A stretch of DNA of 64,000 nucleotides from an uncultured delta proteobacterium (GCA_963802945.1 CAWDKY010000014.1:155855-219854), one strand, 5' to 3'; counted from the first letter of the stretch, positions 23,052 to 33,076 are shown. The notes: generated by a model not told the origin, from the letters alone. Numbers and translations: made by a program.

Positions 23052-23498
23052 ATGTTTGACCTTGTGCCATGGGAAAGAACAAAAACCTTATCCAAGTTAA
23101 GAAAAGAGATGGATGATTTGTGGGGCCGTTTTTTCGGGGATGCCGGTTTTCCGATCTTCTCAGAAGCGGCCTGGGCACCGGCTTTGGATGTCAAGGAGAC
23201 AAAAGAAAACATAGTGGTCACCGCTGAAATCCCGGGTTTAAATGCCAAAGAGGTGGAAGTGACCATCAGCGGTGATTTGCTGACCATCAAAGGGGAAAAG
23301 AAACAGGAAAAAGAAGAAAAGGACGAGTCCTATCACCTGATCGAACGACGTTACGGCTCTTTTTCCCGGAGTATCCGGCTGACCACCGATGTAGATGCAA
23401 AAAATATCAAGGCCTCTCATAAAGAGGGGATCCTGACTATTACCTTGCCTAAAAGCGAGAAGGCCAAAGAAAAACAGATCAAGATTAATGTAGAATAA
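23052..23498 (+). CDS. Hsp20/alpha-crystallin small heat shock protein
   Basis: PALDVKE, EIPG, LTIKGEK, ERRYGSFSRSIRL, GILTITLPK. Confidence 0.95.
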   Translation: MFDLVPWERTKTLSKLRKEMDDLWGRFFGDAGFPIFSEAAWAPALDVKETKENIVVTAEIPGLNAKEVEVTISGDLLTIKGEKKQEKEEKDESYHLIERRYGSFSRSIRLTTDVDAKNIKASHKEGILTITLPKSEKAKEKQIKINVE

Positions 23499-23515
23499 GA
23501 TCCGAACAATAACCG

Positions 23516-23557
23516 AAAAAGAAAAGGCCGTATCATCCGATACGGCCTTTTCTTTTT
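23516..23557 (+). terminator. Intrinsic (probably bidirectional) terminator
   Basis: aaaaagaaaaggccgtatc-atcc-gatacggccttttcttttt. Confidence 0.9.
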
Positions 23558-23672
23558 AAACCCTATTGCCCGTTTGGGGTGGGTACCACGAAACATGAAA
23601 ATTTTTATAAGGATTCAAGGGGTCAATGGATTGAAAGGTTCAATTTTAAACCTATCCTCATTGTTTTTTTTC

Positions 23673-23702
23673 TTGACAAAGGGGTACTTCTTCCATTAAA
23701 TT
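23673..23702 (+). promoter_or_regulatory. Sigma-70 promoter of the aro leader
   Basis: TTGACA 23673-23678, ttaaat/taaatt 17-18 nt later. Confidence 0.6.
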
Positions 23703-23735
23703 ATTTACTATTGAGAGGTAAGTAGGGCGAAATTG

Positions 23736-23822
23736 ATGGAAAAAAGACTTTATAGCTATAATTTTTGGTATTATTTTTATTATTACTTTCCACCGGTCTG
23801 CCCATCGCTTTGGAGGACTTAA
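23736..23822 (+). CDS. Attenuator leader peptide rich in Tyr/Phe/Trp (28 aa)
   Basis: MEKRLYSYNFWYYFYYYFPPVCPSLWRT*: 7 Tyr, 3 Phe, 2 Trp; directly upstream of the aromatic biosynthesis operon. Confidence 0.88.
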   Translation: MEKRLYSYNFWYYFYYYFPPVCPSLWRT

Positions 23823-23846
23823 AGAAACTTAAAAAGAAAATAAATC

Positions 23847-23898
23847 AAAAAAAGCCATGGGGAGACGGAAAGATGCTCCTCATGGCTTTTTTGTTTTT
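23847..23898 (+). terminator. Attenuator terminator hairpin
   Basis: agccatggggag / ctcctcatggct 12-bp stem (one G-U) followed by tttttgttttt; 5' arm can alternatively pair with 23786-23811. Confidence 0.88.
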
Positions 23899-23957
23899 AC
23901 AGCATAGGATAGCCGGGAGCAACAACGTCGACCCAGGTCGTTTGAAAGGAGTTAATC

Positions 23958-24986
23958 ATGGTGATCGTGATGAAAAAACATGCCACGGGAGAAGAAATTG
24001 AAAATGTTATTAAATGGATTGAATCCGTAGGATACCAGACCCATCCCTCTCGAGGTGTGGAACAAACCATTATCGGGGTGGTTGGAGACGACCGGGGTAA
24101 GGCCCAATTAAAATCCGTAGAGTATCTTCCCGGAGTGGAAAAGGTCGTTCCTATCTTGAAACCCTATAAACTCGCCAGCCGGGAGGGCAGACCGGGGGAT
24201 ACGATCGTTCAGGTCGGTAATGTTGAAATCGGCGGCCCGGAATTTATTGTCATGGCCGGCCCCTGCTCCATTGAAAGCGACGAACAACTGATGGAAAGCG
24301 CTTACATCATAAAAAAGGGTGGCGCCCACATCTTAAGAGGCGGGGCTTACAAGCCCAGGACCTCTCCCTATAGCTTCCAGGGGCTGGAAGAAGAGGGGCT
24401 TAAGATGTTGAAAAAGGTCCGCGATAAAATGAATATCCCGGTGATCACCGAGGTCATGAACACCACGGAGGTTGAGTTGGTTGAAGAAAACAGCGACATC
24501 CTGCAGATCGGGACCCGGAACGTCCAAAATTTTCCTCTCTTGAAAAAAGTCGGCCAATCCAGAAAGCCGGTCCTTTTAAAAAGAGGCATGATGACCACGA
24601 TTGAAGAGCTTCTGATGTCTGCTGAATATATTCTTGCCGCCGGGAACGATCAGGTCATCCTTTGCGAGCGAGGCATCCGAACCTTTGAAACCGCCACCCG
24701 TAACACCCTGGATTTGAGCGCCGTCCCGGTCTTAAAGGAACTGACCCACCTACCGGTTATCGTCGATCCCAGCCACGCCACCGGCCATTGGAAATACGTC
24801 CTTCCCTTATCCCGGGCCGCCTTGGCCGTGGGAGCCGATGGATTGCTCATCGAAGTCCATCCCCAGCCGGAAAAGGCCCTCTGTGACGGTCCGCAGTCCC
24901 TGAAACCGGAAAAATTTTATCAACTGATGGATGAATTAAGGATGTTGCAGGGGGTTTTAAGAAAAGGAACAGGTGCTTTGCAATGA
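23958..24986 (+). CDS. aroF: DAHP synthase, class I-beta with N-terminal regulatory domain
   Basis: [47 protein letters not shown]. Confidence 0.93.
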   Translation: MVIVMKKHATGEEIENVIKWIESVGYQTHPSRGVEQTIIGVVGDDRGKAQLKSVEYLPGVEKVVPILKPYKLASREGRPGDTIVQVGNVEIGGPEFIVMAGPCSIESDEQLMESAYIIKKGGAHILRGGAYKPRTSPYSFQGLEEEGLKMLKKVRDKMNIPVITEVMNTTEVELVEENSDILQIGTRNVQNFPLLKKVGQSRKPVLLKRGMMTTIEELLMSAEYILAAGNDQVILCERGIRTFETATRNTLDLSAVPVLKELTHLPVIVDPSHATGHWKYVLPLSRAALAVGADGLLIEVHPQPEKALCDGPQSLKPEKFYQLMDELRMLQGVLRKGTGALQ

Positions 24987-26079
24987 ATCAGATCAGGGTT
25001 AATTTAGACGCCCAAACCCCAACCCATTATAAAATCTATATTGGTCGGGATATTATAGATCGAATAGGGGTTATTTTAAATAAAGGGGACTGGATCAACC
25101 GTTATGTCATTATCACCGATTCCCAGGTGAAAACCATTCACGGGAAAAGGGTGTTGGATACCTTAAGAAAGATGGATCTCAATGTAGATATGATCGATTT
25201 TTCTGCCGGGGAGAGTTCAAAAAACATACAAACTTCCCTTCAGTTGGTGGACAGCCTGATCGCCCTGGGGGCGGACAGACATTCCGGCCCTGATCGCCTT
25301 GGGAGGAGGAGTGGTTGGGGATATAACCGGGTTCATTGCCTCTATCTTATATGAGGGGCCTTCCTTTTTTTCAGATGCCAACCACCCTTCTGGCCCAGGT
25401 GGACAGCAGTATCGGAGGCAAGACCGGGATTGACCTTCCGGTCGGAAAAAATCTCCTGGGGACTTTCTATCAGCCCCAGGCGGTTTTTATCGACCTGACC
25501 TTTCTCCAAACCCTGACGGACCTGGAATTCAATAACGGCCTTCCGGAAATCCTGAAATATGGGATTATTGAAGATCCAGAACTCTTACGGACCTTGGAGG
25601 ATAATACAGAAGCCATCAGGGCCCGGGATTTTTCTCTGATGGAAAGGATAATTTCCAAATCCTGCCGGATCAAAAAAAGGATCGTGGAAATGGATGAGAA
25701 AGAAGGCGGACTCCGCCGCATTCTTAACTTCGGCCATACTATCGGTCATGCCGTGGAAGCGGAATCGGGTTATTCCCTCTCTCACGGGCAAGCCGTGGCC
25801 ATCGGCATGGTCTGTGCCGCCTTCTTGTCTGAGAAATTAAACTATTTATCTTCCAAAGAACGGGAGCGGATCGAGTCCCTGGTCAAGGCCTTCGGTCTGC
25901 CTTACCGTATCCCCAAAGAACTGAAAACAAAAGCCCTGCTTGACAGGATGATGAGAGACAAGAAAAAAGAGGGGGCCATTCTCCCTTTTGTGCTGCTGAA
26001 AAAAATCGGACTCCCTTTTATCAATGGAGGGGTTTCCGAGAAAAAAATTCAGGAAACGATTGAGGCCCTGAAAGCATGA
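24983..26079 (+). CDS. aroB: 3-dehydroquinate synthase, frameshifts near 25285 and 25347
   Basis: GESSK, (ALGGGVVGD in intermediate frame), PTTLLAQVDSSIGGKTG, LNFGHTIGHA, HGQAV. Confidence 0.9.
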
Positions 26080-27155
26080 AAAAAAATTCGATAAAAAAAT
26101 TAAGAGACGACTTAAGAAAAAAAGATCAGGAAATTGTAACCCTCCTTAACGAACGAGCCGAACTGGCCCTTAAAGTGGGCCGAATTAAAAATGAGAACGG
26201 CCAGGAAATCTATGATCCTTCCCGGGAGAGCCTGGTTTATCAGCATTTATCTCAGATCAGCCAAGGGCCTCTACCCGTAAAGGCCCTGCAGGACATTTAC
26301 CGGGAGATTGTCTCGGCCTCCCGTGCCCTGCAAGGACCCATCACTGTGGATTATTTTGGTCCGGAAGCCTCTTTCACCCACTTGGCCGCTTTGGCCCATT
26401 TCGGCCGATCAGCGCAGCTTATACCGCAAACCACTATCCCCATGGTCTTTGAACAAGTCGAAAGGGGTAGGAGTTCTTACGGTGTGGTACCCATTGAGAA
26501 TTCCGGAGAGGGATCGGTTAAACCGACCCTTGATTGTTTGCTTACAACGCCGCTTTCCATCCGGGCCGAGGTTTTTTTAAGGATCTCCCATTATCTTCTG
26601 GCCTCCCCCAAAAAGATGAAAAACATCAAAAGAATTTATTCCCATCCCCAGGCCCTGGCTCAGTGCCAGGTCTGGTTGGAGAGGAACTTTCCTCGGCGGC
26701 CTTTATTAAAAGTGGAGAATACGGCCGAGGCGGCCAAAAAGGTTTTGGAGGACAGGGAGGGAGCGGCCATAGGCAGCCTGCAGGCCGCTGAGTTGTACGG
26801 ACTTCAAATCCTGGCCGACAGGATTGAGGATTACCCTTTAAACACCACCCGATTTCTTATTATAGGAAAAGGTCGAAGTGAACCTTCCGGAATTGATAAA
26901 ACTTCTATCCTCTTTGGAACCACCCACGTTCCGGGGGCTTTGCTTCACGCCCTAGAACCCTTTGCCCGGGAAGGACTGAATCTGCTCAGGATCGAGTCCT
27001 ATCCCTGGCCGAATCGGATGTGGGAATATTTATTCTTCGTGGATTTTGCCGGGCATCAAGAGGACGAGAATGTCCAACGCTGTTTGAAAGAGACCGGGAA
27101 GGTCACCAATTTTCTCAAGGTCATGGGGTCTTATCCCTGGGGAGAAACACCGTGA
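26076..27155 (+). CDS. pheA: Chorismate mutase / prephenate dehydratase (P-protein)
   Basis: N-terminal CM domain (LLNERA, YDPSRE), PIENS, SHPQALAQC, NTTRF, ACT domain. Confidence 0.93.
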   Translation: MKKNSIKKLRDDLRKKDQEIVTLLNERAELALKVGRIKNENGQEIYDPSRESLVYQHLSQISQGPLPVKALQDIYREIVSASRALQGPITVDYFGPEASFTHLAALAHFGRSAQLIPQTTIPMVFEQVERGRSSYGVVPIENSGEGSVKPTLDCLLTTPLSIRAEVFLRISHYLLASPKKMKNIKRIYSHPQALAQCQVWLERNFPRRPLLKVENTAEAAKKVLEDREGAAIGSLQAAELYGLQILADRIEDYPLNTTRFLIIGKGRSEPSGIDKTSILFGTTHVPGALLHALEPFAREGLNLLRIESYPWPNRMWEYLFFVDFAGHQEDENVQRCLKETGKVTNFLKVMGSYPWGETP

Positions 27156-27841
27156 GGATCTGCATTCCCATCACCGCTGCTACTACCCAGGAAGCCCTGA
27201 CCAAAATGAAAAAAGGGTTTGCTCTGGCCAAAATGTTGGAATTGAGAATTGATGGAATCCCAAAAGTTGATTTAAAGAAATTGTTGGCCGAAAAAAAGGG
27301 AGAAATTCTGATAACCAACCGGGTCAGGGAAGAGGGAGGGGCCTTTGTCGGCGGAGAACAAAAAAGGGTGGCCCTCTTAAAAAAGGCCGTGGCCTTGGGC
27401 TGCGATTATGTAGACCTGGAGATCAGGACAGAACAGGCCTTAATTCTTGAACTGAAGAAAAAAATCGCCGGCCATCGCAGGCGCACCCGGTTGATCCTTT
27501 CTTATCATAATCAGGAAAGGACCCCAGGGATGAATATCTTAAGAAAAAAAATAATTGAAGGGTATAAGTCCGGAGCAGATATCCTCAAGATCGTTACTTT
27601 TGCCAAAAAGATGGAGGACAATCTCAAGGTCCTTGGCCTCATTCCCTATGCTCAAAAAAAAGGTTTGAAGATCATAGCCTTCTGCCTGGGAGAAAAAGGA
27701 AAGATCAGCCGGATCATGGCTCCAATGCTGGGTTCTTATCTGACCTATGCCTCTTTGGAGAAAGGGGAAGAATCAGCTCCGGGACAAATGACGGTTGAAG
27801 AAATCAAGCGGGTATTAAGGATGTTGGGAGAAAAGAAATAG
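27152..27841 (+). CDS. aroD: Type I 3-dehydroquinate dehydratase
   Basis: GTG overlapping pheA stop; ELRID, EGG, LSYH, SRI, SAPGQ. Confidence 0.9.
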   Translation: MRICIPITAATTQEALTKMKKGFALAKMLELRIDGIPKVDLKKLLAEKKGEILITNRVREEGGAFVGGEQKRVALLKKAVALGCDYVDLEIRTEQALILELKKKIAGHRRRTRLILSYHNQERTPGMNILRKKIIEGYKSGADILKIVTFAKKMEDNLKVLGLIPYAQKKGLKIIAFCLGEKGKISRIMAPMLGSYLTYASLEKGEESAPGQMTVEEIKRVLRMLGEKK

Positions 27842-27956
27842 GCTTAATAAAATATTTGAAATAAAATTGTTACGGGTTGCAGGTTAGATAATCGTGTCTT
27901 TTGGCCGTCAACTAGAACCAATGCCATTAACTTAAGGGAAACTTTATATCCAAATC

Positions 27957-28170
27957 GTCACCCCGGCGAAAGCCGGGGTCCAGAAAAGCTAATAAAAGCT
28001 GGATTCCGGCTTCCGAGACTGTGTCGCAATTATATTTTTGTCATTCCGTGCAAGCGAAGCGCGACACGGAATCCAGTATTTTCATTAAGTTCTGGATGCC
28101 GGCTTTCGCCGGCATGACGGCTTTGACGGCTCTGTCCGCTATTACGACACAGTCTCTCCGCCGGAATGAC
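27957..28170. repeat. REP-like palindrome doublet interrupted by a MITE
   Basis: gtcaccccggcgaaagccggggtccag ... ctggattccggct[tcc MITE tcc]gccggaatgac. Confidence 0.85.
28015..28156. mobile_element. 142-bp MITE, copy 1
   Basis: TIRs gagactgtgtcgcaat / attacgacacagtctc; 3-bp duplication tcc; near-identical copy at 30418. Confidence 0.88.
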
Positions 28171-28263
28171 TCCAAGAGTTCCAAACCAGAGCAATAAAGT
28201 TTAAGTTAACAGTATTGACCCGTAACTCGTAACCCCAAACCCGTAACCAGAAATTTATAAGTC

Positions 28264-29082
28264 ATGCCGACATCGGACATAAAAATCTTTGCTGTTTTTG
28301 GAAACCCGGTCGCCCATAGCTTGTCACCGCTGATGCACCAGGCGGCTTTCAACCGGATGGGTCTCAAGGCCCAATATGTCCCATTTTGTGTGAAAGACAT
28401 AGGGAAGGCCGTGGATGGGATCCGGGGTCTGGATATTCAGGGGGTGAGTGTCACCCTGCCGTTTAAAACCGAAGTCATAGATTTTTTAGATGAGGTCGAA
28501 GAAGATGCCCGCCGGATCGGGGCGGTCAATACGATTAAAAATAGTCGGGGGAGACTTATAGGATACAACACCGACTGGAAAGGATTTGTCCTTTCATTGA
28601 AAGAAGGCCTGGAAATCAGGGGAAAACAATTTGCCGTCATTGGGGCCGGAGGTGCGGCCAGGGGGATTGTTTATGGCCTGATAAAGGAAGGTGGATATCC
28701 GATTATCCTGAACCGAACCCTTTCCAAAGCAAAGGCCCTGGGGAAGAAATTCGGGTGTCCTTTTCTGCCGTTTTCCGAAAAAGAAAAGATCAAGGCGGAC
28801 TGTCTGATCAATACCACCTCACTGGGGATGGTTCCAAACAAAGAGAAGTCACCTTTCCCCAAGAAGTTTCTTAAAAAATTTCCATGGGTCGTGGATATCA
28901 TTTATAATCCTTTAAAGACAAAACTCCTCAAGGGAGCCGAGGAAGCGGGATGCCGGACCATATCCGGTGTGGGAATGTTCGTGCATCAGGGAGCGGAACA
29001 AATAAAAATCTGGACCGGTCAGGAACCCCCCAGGGCCTATATGAAAAAAGTTGTTCTGGCTAAACTCGAAGAAAATGATTGA
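28264..29082 (+). CDS. aroE: Shikimate dehydrogenase
   Basis: GNPVAHSLSP, VTLPFK, GAVNT, NTD, GAGGAA, NRT, DIIYNP. Confidence 0.95.
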   Translation: MPTSDIKIFAVFGNPVAHSLSPLMHQAAFNRMGLKAQYVPFCVKDIGKAVDGIRGLDIQGVSVTLPFKTEVIDFLDEVEEDARRIGAVNTIKNSRGRLIGYNTDWKGFVLSLKEGLEIRGKQFAVIGAGGAARGIVYGLIKEGGYPIILNRTLSKAKALGKKFGCPFLPFSEKEKIKADCLINTTSLGMVPNKEKSPFPKKFLKKFPWVVDIIYNPLKTKLLKGAEEAGCRTISGVGMFVHQGAEQIKIWTGQEPPRAYMKKVVLAKLEEND

Positions 29083-30337
29083 GATAAAGCCCATAACTCA
29101 GCTCAATGCCCGGGTAACCATGCCTGGTTCAAAAAGCTACACCCAAAGGGCAATGATCATGGCCGCCCTGGCCGAAGGGGGCTCTTGTTTGCAAGGGCCG
29201 CTTTTTTCTGAAGATACCGGATATCTGACCGAAGCCCTCCGTCTGCTGGGCGCAGGGATTCAGGTCCATAATGGTGCAATGTTAGTGCAGGGAACAGCAG
29301 GATGGATCAGCAATCCCAAAAAAGAAATCTATCTGGGAAACAACGGCACAGCCATGCGCTTACTGACCACCGTGGTCTGCCTTGGGAAAGGGGAATTTTT
29401 TCTCACCGGCGCCCCCCGTCTTTTGGAAAGACCGGTTCAGCCTTTACTTACCGCCCTGAAAACTCTGGGGGTGGAGGCCCGAAGTGAAGGCAGGGAAGGG
29501 TTTCCGCCGGTTGTCATCCGGGCCGATGGTCTTCAGGGGGGGAAGATCCAACTCCGTAATATTGAAAGCAGTCAATATGTCTCCTCCCTTTTGATTTCCG
29601 CCCCATTGGCCAGAGAAGACTTTTCCCTTGAACTTCAGGGTTCAATACCTTCTATGCCTTATGTGGAAATGACAGCGGCTTTGATGAAACAATTTGGCGT
29701 GGAGGTCGAAAGACCCTCATCAGCCCGGTTTTTAATAAAAGCCCGGCAAAAATATCAGGGCATTACCTGCCGGATTGAAGGAGATGTTTCGGGCGCCTCT
29801 TACTTTTTTTTGGCTGCTGCTCTGTGCCAGGGGAGGGTAAGAGTGGAGCCGATCATTCCCAACACCCTCCAAGGCGACATTGGTTTTTTAAAGATTTTGG
29901 AGGAACTCGGCTGCGAGGTTATCCGAGGCGATCATTGGGTGGAGGTTACAGGAGGAAAACTGGTATCAGGAGAAATCATCTTTGACTTTGGTGATATGCC
30001 GGATGTGGTTCCAACCTTGGCTGTCCTGGCCGCCTGCCGTCCGGGTAGAACGATTATTAAAAATGTCGCCCATCTCAGAATAAAAGAAAGCAATCGTCTG
30101 GAAGCCCTGGTCAGGGAATTGACTAAGACCGGGATCAAGGCCGAAGAGACAGAAGACGGTCTCAGGATAGAAGGGGGCAGGCCTCATGGGGCGGAGATTG
30201 AAACCTATAACGATCACCGGATAGCCATGAGCTTTGCCATCCTGGGTTTGGCTGTGCCGGGCATTAAAATCAAAGATCCGGACTGTGTTAAAAAATCCTT
30301 TCCAGGATTTTGGGGAGAATTGAAAAAACTGTATTAA
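29075..30337 (+). CDS. aroA: EPSP synthase
   Basis: PGSKS, GNNGTAMR, SSQYVS, RIKESNR, DHRIAM, KSFP. Confidence 0.95.
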   Translation: MIEIKPITQLNARVTMPGSKSYTQRAMIMAALAEGGSCLQGPLFSEDTGYLTEALRLLGAGIQVHNGAMLVQGTAGWISNPKKEIYLGNNGTAMRLLTTVVCLGKGEFFLTGAPRLLERPVQPLLTALKTLGVEARSEGREGFPPVVIRADGLQGGKIQLRNIESSQYVSSLLISAPLAREDFSLELQGSIPSMPYVEMTAALMKQFGVEVERPSSARFLIKARQKYQGITCRIEGDVSGASYFFLAAALCQGRVRVEPIIPNTLQGDIGFLKILEELGCEVIRGDHWVEVTGGKLVSGEIIFDFGDMPDVVPTLAVLAACRPGRTIIKNVAHLRIKESNRLEALVRELTKTGIKAEETEDGLRIEGGRPHGAEIETYNDHRIAMSFAILGLAVPGIKIKDPDCVKKSFPGFWGELKKLY

Positions 30338-30403
30338 ATCCTCATGCCCGCTTTCGCTGGAGTCAATGGAAAATGAACATATTGATTTATCATGTAATAA
30401 GGT

Positions 30404-30624
30404 GTCATTCCGGCGAAGAGACTGTGTCGCAATTATATTTTTGTCATTCCGTGCAAGCGAAGCGCGACACGGAATCCAGTATTTTATTAAGTTCTGGATG
30501 CCGGCTTTCGCCGGCATGACGGCTTTGATGGCGCTGTCCGCTATTACGACACAGTCTCGAAAGCCGGAATCCAGGTAACTTATATCATCAAATGCCCTGG
30601 ATGCCGGATCAAGTCCGGCATGAC
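30404..30624. repeat. REP-like palindrome doublet interrupted by a MITE
   Basis: gtcattccggc[gaa MITE gaa]agccggaatccag ... ctggatgccggatcaagtccggcatgac. Confidence 0.85.
30418..30558. mobile_element. 141-bp MITE, copy 2
   Basis: Same TIRs; 3-bp duplication gaa; differs from copy 1 by one indel and two substitutions. Confidence 0.88.
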
Positions 30625-30677
30625 GTTGAAAAGACCACACCAAGGCATAGGTGGGTGCTATTATCGCAATAAAAACC

Positions 30678-31199
30678 ATGCATATTTTCTTAATAGGATA
30701 TCGCGGTAGCGGAAAAACCTCGGTGGGCAGGAAGCTGGCTGAAAAACTAAAGGCCCCTTTTTATGACACCGATCAAATGATCATAGACCGTATGGGTAAA
30801 ACGATCAAACAATGGGTGGAGGAAAAAGGATGGGAATCCTTTCGCCAGGAAGAAAAGGCCATCATCCAGGAGATCTCTTCTTTGGATTGCGCTGTAATTG
30901 CCCTGGGTGGGGGTGCGGTGATGGACCCTGAAAACAGGGAAGTATTAAAACAAAAGGGTCTGATCGTTTGGCTGAGCGCCGATGTCCAAACCATCATGGA
31001 AAGGATGAAATCCGACCCTGCGAATGAGGACAATCGTCCCGCCCTTTCCGCCAAGGATTGGGAGACTGAAATCCAAGAACTGCTGGCACAACGCATACCG
31101 GTTTATCAGCGATGGGCTGATTTTTCCGTAGACACGGATGGAAAGAATATTGAGGGGATTGCTGAAGAGATTTGTAATCATATCCAACAAGCCCAATGA
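30678..31199 (+). CDS. aroK: Shikimate kinase
   Basis: GYRGSGKT, DTD, GWESFR, LGGG, NRPAL. Confidence 0.92.
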   Translation: MHIFLIGYRGSGKTSVGRKLAEKLKAPFYDTDQMIIDRMGKTIKQWVEEKGWESFRQEEKAIIQEISSLDCAVIALGGGAVMDPENREVLKQKGLIVWLSADVQTIMERMKSDPANEDNRPALSAKDWETEIQELLAQRIPVYQRWADFSVDTDGKNIEGIAEEICNHIQQAQ

Positions 31200-31236
31200 A
31201 CCCAATGAACTCAATGAACCAAAAAAACCAAACAGA
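31192..31236 (+). repeat. 9-bp tandem repeat overlapping the aroK stop
   Basis: cccaatgaa cccaatgaa ctcaatgaa ccaaaaaaa ccaaacaga. Confidence 0.7.
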
Positions 31237-31250
31237 ACATTGGAGACGCT

Positions 31251-32306
31251 ATGTCCGGTAATTCAACAGGTGTTTTATTTAAAGTTACGACTTGGGGAGA
31301 ATCTCATGGACCGGCGACAGGTGCGGTCATAGAGGGCTGCCCGCCTTTGATCCCTTTGACTGAACAAGACATCCAGAAAGACTTAAGCAGAAGAAAACCC
31401 GGACGAATGGCAACCGCTTCTTCAAGGAAAGAGGAAGACCGGATAGAAATCCTTTCCGGTGTCTTCGAAGGCCGGACCACCGGGACCCCCATTGCCCTGC
31501 TCATCCGCAATAAAGATGCGGACAGCTCGGCCTATGATGCCCTTAAAGAGGTTTTTCGCCCAGGTCATGGGGATATTACTTATTTAAAAAAATACGGGAT
31601 CAGGGATCACCGGGGAGGCGGCCGCTCTTCAGGAAGGGAAACCGCAGCCCGCGTGGCCGCCGGGGCCGTTGCCAAAAAAGTGCTTGCCAGGGAAGGTATA
31701 AAGGTTATTGCCTATACCTTGGAATTGGGCGGCATCCGGGCCGAGGTCATTAACCTGGGTGCAATTTCCAAAAACAACCTCTTTTGTCCTGATCCTGAGG
31801 CGGCTTTAAAGATGGAAAAAAAGTTACGGGCGATTGCCGAGAAAGGGGATACCCTCGGAGGGATTGTGGAGATCATGGTCCGGGGATGTCCTGCGGGCCT
31901 AGGGGAGCCGGTCTTTGACAAGATGGATGCCGATCTGGCCAAGGCCTTGATGAGCATCGGATCAATCAAAGGGGTGGAAATCGGTGCCGGATTTGAAGCG
32001 GCCCGGATGACCGGTTCTGTTTGTAACGACGCCATAACACCTAAAGGGTTCTTGACCAATAATGCCGGCGGCATTCTGGCCGGTATCACCAACGGCGATG
32101 ACCTGATTATCCGGGCGGCCTGCAAGCCCATCTCTTCCATCAGGAAAGAACAAAAAACCGTCGATCTTTCGGGGAAGCCGGTTGCTTTATCGATCAAAGG
32201 CAGACATGATGCATCGGTCATCCCACGGATCATTCCGGTCTGTGAGGCCATGGTCAGCCTGGTCTTGGCCGATCATCTGTTAAGACAGAAGGCGATTTCT
32301 AAATGA
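31251..32306 (+). CDS. aroC: Chorismate synthase
   Basis: GESHG, RPGHGD, GGGRSSGRET, NNAGGILAGI, GRHD. Confidence 0.96.
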   Translation: MSGNSTGVLFKVTTWGESHGPATGAVIEGCPPLIPLTEQDIQKDLSRRKPGRMATASSRKEEDRIEILSGVFEGRTTGTPIALLIRNKDADSSAYDALKEVFRPGHGDITYLKKYGIRDHRGGGRSSGRETAARVAAGAVAKKVLAREGIKVIAYTLELGGIRAEVINLGAISKNNLFCPDPEAALKMEKKLRAIAEKGDTLGGIVEIMVRGCPAGLGEPVFDKMDADLAKALMSIGSIKGVEIGAGFEAARMTGSVCNDAITPKGFLTNNAGGILAGITNGDDLIIRAACKPISSIRKEQKTVDLSGKPVALSIKGRHDASVIPRIIPVCEAMVSLVLADHLLRQKAISK

Positions 32307-33076
32307 AAAAAATCAGGATCGGAATCATAGGAGGGACCGGTGGAATAGGCCGATGGTTTGGCCATTTTTTTCAAAAGGAAGGTTTTGAGGTTGTGATCTC
32401 CGGCAGGAAGGTTGGTCCGGATTTCCAAACGCTAGCCCGGCTATGTCCCGTGGTGGTGGTCAGTGTTCCGATCAAGGTGACCTGCCAGGTAATTGAACAA
32501 GTAGGGCCTTTTATGCCCAAGGAATCCCTTTTGGTGGACCTCACTTCTCTTAAAGAAGAACCGGTCAAGGCCATGCTCAAATCCTCTCGGTCCGAGATCA
32601 TCGGCCTTCATCCTTTGTTTGGACCCAAAATAAAGTCCATGGCCGGGCATAATATTGTCTTGTGTCCGGCCCGGACCCGTAAGTGGCTTCCCTGGATAAA
32701 AAATATTTTTCTTAAAAATAGGGCACGGCTAATCGAGACCACCCCCAGACATCATGACGAACTGATGGCCCTGGTCCAGGGATTAAACCATCTAAATACC
32801 ATCACCCTGGGTCTGACTTTGGGGCGTTCAGGCTTCGATTTTGAAGAGCTGAAACAAGTTGCCACCCCGAATCTTAAAGCCAAGCTGGATATTTTGAAAG
32901 ATGTTTTCAGCCAAAATCCAAGGCTGTATGCCGAAATCATTACCCAGAACCCATATCTTCCTAAGGTGGTGAAGGGATATGAGGAAAGCCTTTCCGAAAT
33001 GAAAAAATGGATCGAACGTAAGGACAGTGTGAATCTGCAAAAACGTATAGAGGGCACAAAACTTTTTTCTCAATAA
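32303..33076 (+). CDS. tyrA: Prephenate/arogenate dehydrogenase
   Basis: GGTGGIG, DLTSLK, HPLFGP, HDELMALVQGL. Confidence 0.88.
   Translation: MKKIRIGIIGGTGGIGRWFGHFFQKEGFEVVISGRKVGPDFQTLARLCPVVVVSVPIKVTCQVIEQVGPFMPKESLLVDLTSLKEEPVKAMLKSSRSEIIGLHPLFGPKIKSMAGHNIVLCPARTRKWLPWIKNIFLKNRARLIETTPRHHDELMALVQGLNHLNTITLGLTLGRSGFDFEELKQVATPNLKAKLDILKDVFSQNPRLYAEIITQNPYLPKVVKGYEESLSEMKKWIERKDSVNLQKRIEGTKLFSQ

Noticed and set aside
23765-24001. 78-aa ORF upstream of aroF
   Set aside because: Runs through the terminator; the short aromatic-rich frame explains the region better
27957-30624. Repeated palindromic units as a possible CRISPR array
   Set aside because: Dispersed, no regular repeat-spacer period, no cas genes
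29966-30679. ORFs spanning the aroA-aroK gap
   Set aside because: Translations of REP/MITE sequence
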